DNA from: Paramecium tetraurelia
Lineage: Eukaryota
Direction: 5' to 3'
Assembly: GCA_000165425.1 (NCBI GenBank)
Contig: CT868163.1
Coordinates: 186,001 to 250,000 of the forward strand
DNA: 64,000 nt
The position numbers and the translations under genes are program-made. The notes under the pieces were generated by a model. The model was not told where the DNA came from. It was given only the letters and a program-made list of their open reading frames with translations, and did not search any database. Numbering within the stretch: position 1 is the stretch's first letter; every line of letters starts with the position of its first letter. Positions 56,101 through 64,000 of this stretch are shown here, piece after piece.

Positions 56101-57383
56101 ACCAGAATAAGAGGTCAAATAACTTGGTGATTATTTAGAAGCTGTGGAACCAAATTTAGAAAATGTTAATTTTATCTATGATGATGAATAACAATAGGAA
56201 TAATAAACAATTGAAATTGAAGATATCAAATTAAATGATGACACAAATGAAGAAACTAATTACAAAATTGTTGAGGCTAAAGATGATGAACTTGCTGATA
56301 CTACATTAGATACATTAGAATCTATTGATGATTCATAATAGTAGTAATTATTATCAACTGATGTTGCTGTTACTGCCGAAGAAACATCTGCTTCTAATGT
56401 TGAAAATTAAAGTGATGATGAAAATAATATTTCTTTTGATGAATTCTAAAAGGAACTTGAAGTCTTAGCTAATACTGTTGGTAATATCAAATAAGAAAAT
56501 GTGGAAACATAAAAATCTAGTGACTATATTGTTGTAAATGACAATAGTTAAATTTATGAAGCCACTTATGATGAATAAAGCAATGAATTATAATAAGAAG
56601 ATGAACCATAAATTTAAGAGGACCAATAGCAATACTATCAAGGATTGGAAGATGATTAAAATACATAGGTTGATATCGAGCAACTTGAAAATTAAGATGA
56701 TTTGCCATAAGAATAATAAGAAGCTGAATAAGTATTTGATGTTCCAGAATAAGAAGTCATCTAAGAATAATAATCTGATGATTAATTCTTTGACAATGAA
56801 TAATCCACAGATGATTAAATGCAATAAGTTGAAACATATGACAATGCTGAACCCCAAGATTAATATCTAACGATTGACAATCTGGTGAAGGATAGTTCAG
56901 CAATTGAAGAGGTGTATGATTAGGCACCATAATATTATGATGAATCAGATACTTAATCAAGTGAATAATAAACATAAAATGTAGTTGAAAACTCATTAGA
57001 AAAAGATTATGATATTTCTGAATAACAATAATAAGATCAGAAATTTTAAGAATAATAACAAAGTGAGAACAGTTAATAACAGGAATAAGATTTTGTAGTT
57101 ATGAAGGCGGATTAATTTTAACCTAAGTAATAGAATGAAAATAAATAATAAGAATAATAATCCGATATCCAACAGATAGATGACATATATTCAGAAACTC
57201 CTAGGGACGAAAATGAAATAGACATCATCGTTGATGTTGCAAATCAATATGATGATTAACCATAATTAAATGAATAGGATTATGATTATGGAGACAATTT
57301 TGAAATTCAATAACCTAGTAAAAATCAAGTTGAATAAAAACCATAGCAATAATAATAATAATTATAATAATAATAAGAATAGC

Positions 57384-57425
<42 letters not shown>

Positions 57426-58632
57426 TATAATAAGATTCTATATCAAGCAAGAAACAAAAATAACAAATTTAACATTCAATTACTATTTCTCATAATGTTT
57501 AAGAAAGTAATAATAAGTAAATTGATAGATCTATTGAAATATAACATGAAGATAATTCTCTAAAAATAGAGCATCCCATCAGTTAAGAGGAATTAAGAAA
57601 AGACTTAAAAGAATAACTAAAATAAGAACTCAAAGAAGAATTAAAATAAGAAATTAAATAAGAAATTTAAGAATCCCACAATAGAAGAAAATCTCCAAGT
57701 CTTGTTATAGAAGAAAACGTGGCCAAGGATCCTGAAAGACCTGCTTAGAAAGCCATAAACAGTTTTAACAAACTGTTAAATGATGTTGTAGATGACACTT
57801 TAAAGGAGGATGATGGAAAACATTACTAGAAATTGCCAATAGTGGATGTGAAGAAAGAGTCTTTTAATAAAGTTGAACCAAAGATTGAATAAGGAATTGA
57901 AGACCTAAAGAAAGCATTAGGATTAAAAGGAGGAGTAGAAGTTGTTGATAATAATGGTAAGAAGCAAGTGATTAATGTTGATGATCTTAAAAAAGAAAGT
58001 GAGAAATTGTTAACTCGCCCAGAGAGAGACGAAAAAAATGATAGTCCCTAATATGATGAATACTTGAAAAAGGTTACCGAGAAATCTCAGCCAATTAATA
58101 AAGATTAATTTTAAAATTATGAAGAGTAGCATAATCTAAGAAAATAAGAAATTTTAGAGAATATAAAGAGAGAGTTGGAAATAAAGAAAGGTCGTTTCAC
58201 AGTTCCAAATGATTCTCCTCAAGGTATGATAATTATTTATTTCTAAGCAGAATTATCACCTTATGAATTTGAGAGAGTTTATTTGGATTGGGAAAAGAAT
58301 AAATAGGACATCATTCCAAGCATGCTATAACATTCAATAGAATAACCTATGACTTAAGAGTTGCATTCAAATTCAGATGTAGTACATTAAAAATCCACTG
58401 AGAGAGTTTCAAGAAAAGAAGAAGTGGATAAAGAAGTTTAGGAGTTACTTTATGGAAATCAAAAAAATAGGAAATAACAATCAAAATAATCTTCGAAAGG
58501 TATCGATTTTGATTATAAATTTAAGAGTTTAAAGTGGAAGATTTGAGATATATAAAGGATGATCCTCTTTTGGATTCTACTTATAATGGATTTTTATAAG
58601 TGAAGGCAAACTTGAGAAGGAGATAACAGTGA
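53193..58632 (+). CDS. Giant secreted acidic (D/E/Q-rich) protein with an N-terminal H-type-lectin-like module
   Basis: Signal peptide MVKQCLLLITILVIAHS; EILFSKPFQQIPQVAIAL; about 5 kb open in code 6; ends FLQVKANLRRRQQ*. Confidence 0.8.
57344..57433 (+). repeat. (TAA)n microsatellite encoding a poly-Gln tract
   Basis: 13 consecutive TAA at 57386-57424, in frame within the large CDS. Confidence 0.9.
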
Positions 58633-58678
58633 TTAATATAAGTTTATAAATTAACAGAAAATAATATGGAAAGGAAAA

Positions 58679-58945
58679 TCAGCACTTCGAAGGTAAATCC
58701 CATTTCTTTCTTTAAGTAACAGGGTGGTTATCCTTAGTAATTTCTGGTTTTTTTATTTTTTCTTACAAGAACTACATTAAGTCGAAGTGCTATTCATTTC
58801 TAATTTTTGCAAATTCTTCAAGTATGTCATATAAGGAAATATTTTTGAGTGTTTGTGTTACATTTTATTTCTTTTAAACCTTCGGTTTGGCTACAGATGA
58901 AATGGCTGGGATTCTTCTTCTGCAATGAGGACATTGTTGATTCAT
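58679..58945 (-). CDS. Small hypothetical protein (88 aa) with N-terminal CPHC
   Basis: MNQQCPHCRRRIPAISS...KWDLPSKC*, intronless, fills the gap between neighbouring genes. Confidence 0.55.
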
Positions 58946-58963
58946 AAGATAATATAATTAATT

Positions 58964-59362
58964 TCATTGTTGAATTGTTTCTTTAATTTATTATTCAAGT
59001 CCCTAGGTCACATATGTCAACTTAACATTATTCGGTAATTGCACACAGTAAATGGTTACAGCAATCATGTTAGGGTTGAATCTGGGATAAAAAAAGGCTT
59101 GCACTCCACAGGTTTTACAAAAGTAATGTTTAGCCTTGTATATATAATCTGTCATTCTTACTTGTTTAGTATTGAAGGTATAGAGAGTAAGCTCTTCCAT
59201 ACTTGTGAGCAATTTAAATTTGGAATTGTCTATCAACACATGATGATTTTGTTTCATTTTGCAAATTGAGCAATGACATCTGATTACTTCCAACTCAAGA
59301 GGTCCTTAAAATTCAAATTGAACCTTTTGGCAATGACAACTACCTTAAAATTATTATTCCAT
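58964..59362 (-). CDS. CENP-V/GFA-family zinc protein
   Basis: GSCHCQKVQF, CHCSICKMK, YTFNTKQ/AKHYFCKTCGV; 27-nt intron at 59135-59161. Confidence 0.92.
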
Positions 59363-59380
59363 TTTCTTATTTTATTATAT

Positions 59381-60036
59381 ATGTATTCAGTGAGCTAAAT
59401 TTCTAAATCTGATCCAACCCGTTATGGTGATTCGTTTAAGCCAACTGCAAGAAAAGTGACCCATCGTTTACTTTCGCATTGTGATAATGAGGGGAATCTT
59501 AAGAAAATTGATTTTGCTTTGGCAGGCAATGGCAAACATCTCCCAGATTATAACACAAAATCAACCTAATTGGAAACAAAGTAAATAGAACCATTCAAAA
59601 TCAAGGATTTTATACCTTAGATCAATCCAACCATCAAATAAGAATTGAGTCGTCTAAATAAGAATAACTTTTTAGACTTTTTATTAATTCAGAAGGCTGG
59701 CAGAGTAATATGATAAATATTTATTGTTAGTAAGGGGATCAAAAGTTCTTCGATCTATTAATTTAATAATACAATTTTGATCCGTTTAAGAAAACCTTGA
59801 AGATACATGACAATAAATAATAAATTCAATATCTTCAAAAACGAGATGAAAGAGAAGAGCAAATAGCATAGTAGATTAAGCAATTTTATAAGCACATGCA
59901 ACACAAAAGGAGTGGCACGATTAATGAATAGCCTTTAGACCGTATGATCATAGAAAAAAATAATTATTTGATCCAAAAACTACCACGCTTTAGAGCTAAG
60001 TTAGAGGCTTTGTAAGGAAAAAATGATAATATATGA
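59381..60036 (+). CDS. Hypothetical protein
   Basis: Code-6 ORF MYSVSQISKSDPTRYGDSF... with one 26-nt intron. Confidence 0.65.
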
Positions 60037-60456
60037 TCAAATTATAGTAGAAGTAGTGTATTTATGACTTGGGAGGTAACCATGGTTTCGACGAATAATT
60101 TTTTCGATTTCAAATATCACATGTATGTCTGTGTTTCGATTCTTAGGTTTAGCACGATGAGGTTTCATTTTTATTAATGAAAGTTACGGCAAAAAATGCT
60201 TTTCATTTGGAGATTCCTTTATCTTTATGAATTTGTTTATATATTGTTATTTCACAGCTTGTCTTGGCGATATACTATTCAATTTTAACTTAGGTAGTTC
60301 ACTTCTCTTTGCTGTTAATATAGATTGTATTGTATGATGAGTTTCTTTATTTTCTGTCTTCTCTTTATGTAATGGTACAGTCATTTAACTATGATATCGT
60401 TAGCGAGGTCTATAATCATCACTGCACCAAGGACCTAAGTCTTCATCAAAATACAT
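60037..60456 (-). CDS. Hypothetical basic protein (139 aa)
   Basis: Intronless code-6 ORF MYFDEDLGPWCSDDYRPR...HKYTTSTII*. Confidence 0.6.
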
Positions 60457-60788
60457 TTAGTAATCAAATTATTAATATTTATTCTGAAAATTTCGATTGT
60501 TATTTATTTCCCAATCATTTGATTATTCTACATATATTGCCGAGTAACTCAAGATTGTAAATAAATAGAATCAACAGAATAAAAATATGAAATAATTTAA
60601 AAGCTCAATTTTGATGAATGCAAAAAACAAATAAACGATTGTATTCACTGACTATTTAACTATCAATTAAAATTGACTTATTTGTTTTAATATTAATTTT
60701 GTAATAGTTAGTCTAATCACATGCTTATCATTATATTAAGAAATTAACATAAATTAAATATTTATATAACAGCAATATATTTTGAATA

Positions 60789-62286
60789 ATGATGAGTTTA
60801 GATGAGATGGAATCACTTGCTAATTCATTTCGCAGAAAACCTAAGAAAAATTAGTCTATATAAATATAAACAGATGAAACAATTGCTACGATAGAAATTT
60901 TAGAATCAGATATGAATAAATTCAGAATTGAAAATTTGAGGCTTTAACAATAGATAAAGTAATTACAAGAGAGTTTAGTTCATTGTTCTGTCAATGTAAC
61001 AAATACATCTTCTAAATTTATGTTGCCAAGCGAATTTAAATTAAAATATGAAAATATGGTCAAGGAAACACTCCCATCAGCTTTTGGCTATCTATTTGAT
61101 TAACCAAAAGTGCTAGTCTAAGTTGTTCAATAGAGTTGTCTCTTTTTAGAATAAGTGATCAGAGAAGAACTGAACAATAAGACATTATAAGTTGCTTCAA
61201 TACTTGGAATAAATTGTTAAGGATTATTCAGTCTTTTATAAAAGTTATATTAGGATAATTACTAAAGTGTTTTGGGTTTCAATGATATAACAATAAGCAA
61301 ATTAAAATCGCATTTAAAATTGAATATCAAAGACATAGATGAATTTATAGAGGAGGAAAACGATGATTTGATTGAATGGATGAAATAATATTGGCTATTG
61401 TTATCATATATCATTCTGAGTGATTAAGAGATTAACATCGGTTTTAGTAGAGTGATATACGAAGTAGTGTCATATCAAAAGAATGAATATTATTGTGTAG
61501 ATGGATTTGGTAAAGAAGGAGCTAAAAGTTTAGTGATACTCCCACCAATTATGAGAAAGAATCAATCATTCAATGGAGTCAAACATGCAGTATTAATATT
61601 ATCAAACAATTTTGATTGCTCAATATTTAGTTAAGAGAATAATCTGCAAGATACAATTTAAGAATTGAAATCTTATAATTCACCTAAATAACTAACTATT
61701 CCTTAAGAAACAAGAGTGGTTGAGGAGACTAAGAGAAGTAGTTTACAATACAGTGCAAGAGAGAATACATTTTAAAGTCAGGGATCTGAAAAATTTGATA
61801 CTTTTGAGGAGTACAGGATTAAACCATTATAAAAGTAACCTTTAAAATCAATGAAGGAGACTCTATCTAAATTAAATTAATATAATAATAGCAGCAATAA
61901 TTAATCATTCAAAGAGATTTCAAAACTGCTTAAGTAAGATTCGAAGGACAATAATAAATTTAGGTAAATTATTACTCATATTTAGTTAGTTAAACTATAT
62001 TCAAAGTAAGATTAGTGACAGCAATTGGAGCAGGATTCTAGCTAATAAAAGAAATAAAGAAAATCATCAGCTTCTCAATTAATCTTAGTATTAACAACCT
62101 TAATTAACAATCCAATAATTTCTCAAGAAAATCTAGATAGATTTCTCTCGTCCTTTGAAGAGTCGACATGATGAGTCAAAATTCATTAAATCACAATAAG
62201 ATAGTTTCAGATAGAGAGCTCAGTCGAATGATGGAAAATTTGTTAAATATTATAATGATTCCTTTAATTAGAAATCTAATAATTGA
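60789..62286 (+). CDS. Hypothetical coiled-coil protein with a conserved-looking YYCVDGFGKEG..LVILPP module
   Basis: Long code-6 frame; FMLPSEFK; one tiny intron near 61963. Confidence 0.7.
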
Positions 62287-62316
62287 TTTACTATTATAAT
62301 TAATTATAACAGCTAA

Positions 62317-63546
62317 ATGAATAGACCCAATAGTCAGACTAATGATTACTTTAATTTAATTGAGAAATGCGTATGTAGAATATGACTCTCTATCTTAGAA
62401 ATTCCCAAGGATGATAGACTCTATCTTAGATAATGTGCACATTAAAACAATCCAGATATCATCTCAATCCTATTTCAATTTAAGAGGAAAAATGGTATAA
62501 TATTTTAATCCATAGAGACCAAAGAAGATTATATATGGATTTACGGAAATTTTTGTAACAGAACAAATAGGTCCGCGTTCTTTAGAAGAAATAATAGTAA
62601 TCTAAGGAAAATCTTAGAAATGGATCTCCCTAAGCCAAAAGCAAATAATAATCCAGATAGAATAGCATAAGAAACAATAATCCAAGATCATTGAGCAAAT
62701 AACTATTATGTATCAATCCATCTGATAAATCTTAACATTTACTGATGTATAACAAAATTAAGAAATTAGGACTACTCCACATAAATAATAGTAAGACAGA
62801 TTATCTTAGAATTAAAAATTCCATACTAGTAGTGGAGGATTCTTTAAAGAAGTGCAAAGGTTTGATGAAACAATTAAGAAATCCCATAAATAGAAAAAAT
62901 GGACTGAAGAAGAAATTGTGAGGAAATATGCTGATTTATTTACAGCACCTGATTTTCTAAAGAAACATAGAGCAATATCTTAAGATACAGATCCAGATAG
63001 CAAAGATTTTAATTTTGCAATTCCATGTCAAAGTTTCATTTGTTAACCTAAATATTATGCTTTGTAGAAATTTAGTGCAGAACAAATATTTGGATTTATC
63101 TATATGGAGACATCGTTAATCAAAATAAGCAAGAATTTCTTTTAGTACAAAATGGAGGCATTTTACAATGAGATTGATGCTGAAATACCAGATCTGCAAG
63201 AAATGTTCATGTTTATAGACAAAAAGAATGATGGTTTTATTGATGTCAATGAAATGGGATAATTTCTTGATTTTGTTTGTTAAAAAGAAGATAGATCAAT
63301 TTTCATGAAATTAGACGCAAATAACTAAGGATACTTTACGGAACACTAGATGCTTTAATAAACTAGAGATCGATAATTTACAAGAAAGTATTATTGGTAT
63401 AAATAATAAAAATAGCTATTTTTTCGAGTTTGACATTGAGTAGTCAGGAAAGATTACCTATTGGGAGTATTACTTAAGGTATTTTTTTTACAATTATTAG
63501 GTAACCTACTTAATTAGGACAGCATTTAAATAAATTACTAAAATGA
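62317..63546 (+). CDS. EF-hand calcium-binding protein
   Basis: FIDKKNDGFIDVNEM, LDANNQGYFTEHQM, FDIEQSGKITYWEY; four tiny introns. Confidence 0.75.
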
Positions 63547-63587
63547 ATTTATATAATAATTATTTTTCCGCTATTTTTAATTTAAAT

Positions 63588-64000
63588 ATGTGTTTGGAAG
63601 AAGCTTAAGATGACAAGGGATTGGATAAATTTTTGAAAATGGCTATCAAATAGTAAATCATCCTATTAGATTTAGTTATGAAACTAAATATGGAACTCCA
63701 TAAAGGAACTTGAGGGAGAAGGCAATGACTTTATGGCTTGATTTACCATCTTATAAAGACAAGATGATCGTGATGGAATTTATGTAAAGGAAGATTGATA
63801 AGATTGAGTCTTCATAAAAAAAAATCACTTAATTCTTTAAATCATACTCCAAACCATCTGCGACTAAGATTATTAAATAGGTTGATCAGGTGGATGATTA
63901 AGAAATTACAGGACCACTGATAGAAGAGAATACTCCTAAGAAGAGGGACAAATCACCATATAGTAAATTCTATGAGGAAACGTATTGGAAGCTTAAATTA
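63588..64000 (+). CDS. Hypothetical protein (partial, runs off the window)
   Basis: MCLEEAQDDKGLDKFLKMAIK, 23-nt intron, then open to the window end. Confidence 0.6.

Noticed and set aside
56517..57563. Asn-rich and hydrophobic ORFs in the supplied track (e.g. 57270-57563 poly-N)
   Set aside because: Off-frame or antisense shadows of the TAA-rich code-6 gene at 53193-58632.
62710..62735. Apparent intron ending in AA in the EF-hand gene
   Set aside because: A canonical 23-nt GT-AG intron at 62747-62769 restores the frame.

Overview
AT-rich, very gene-dense ciliate macronuclear DNA, most consistent with Paramecium. TAA/TAG encode Gln, TGA is the only stop, and introns are tiny (about 20-35 nt, GT...AG). 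The supplied ORF track uses the standard code, so it fragments or misses most genes. Hand translation with code 6 gives about 40 genes. They include an ACSBG-type acyl-CoA synthetase, kinesin-13, tetraspanin, two trichocyst-matrix-like proteins, LITAF, RPL41, RPL27A, three kinases (SNF1-like, CAMK-like, CDKL5-like), an ICL-type centrin, ATG4, an F-BAR/TBC protein, two RING/LON-like proteins, two histidine phosphatases, TEX9-like, a plasmepsin-V-like protease, TAM41, a serine carboxypeptidase, prefoldin 1 and CENP-V. There are also several giant coiled-coil or acidic proteins and two decayed genes (EB1-like, DUSP-like). I saw no RNA genes, mobile elements or CRISPR arrays. The most notable observations are: a shared CCGTTTT upstream motif at three signal-peptide genes; an active/dead tandem phosphatase pair; tandem tail-anchored RING-LON proteins; a 42/44-aa alternating repeat protein; broken splice acceptors and single-base frameshifts in otherwise intact genes; and two genes whose stop codons abut with zero spacer. 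All gene models are hand-built and all family calls come from motif recognition, not database searches.
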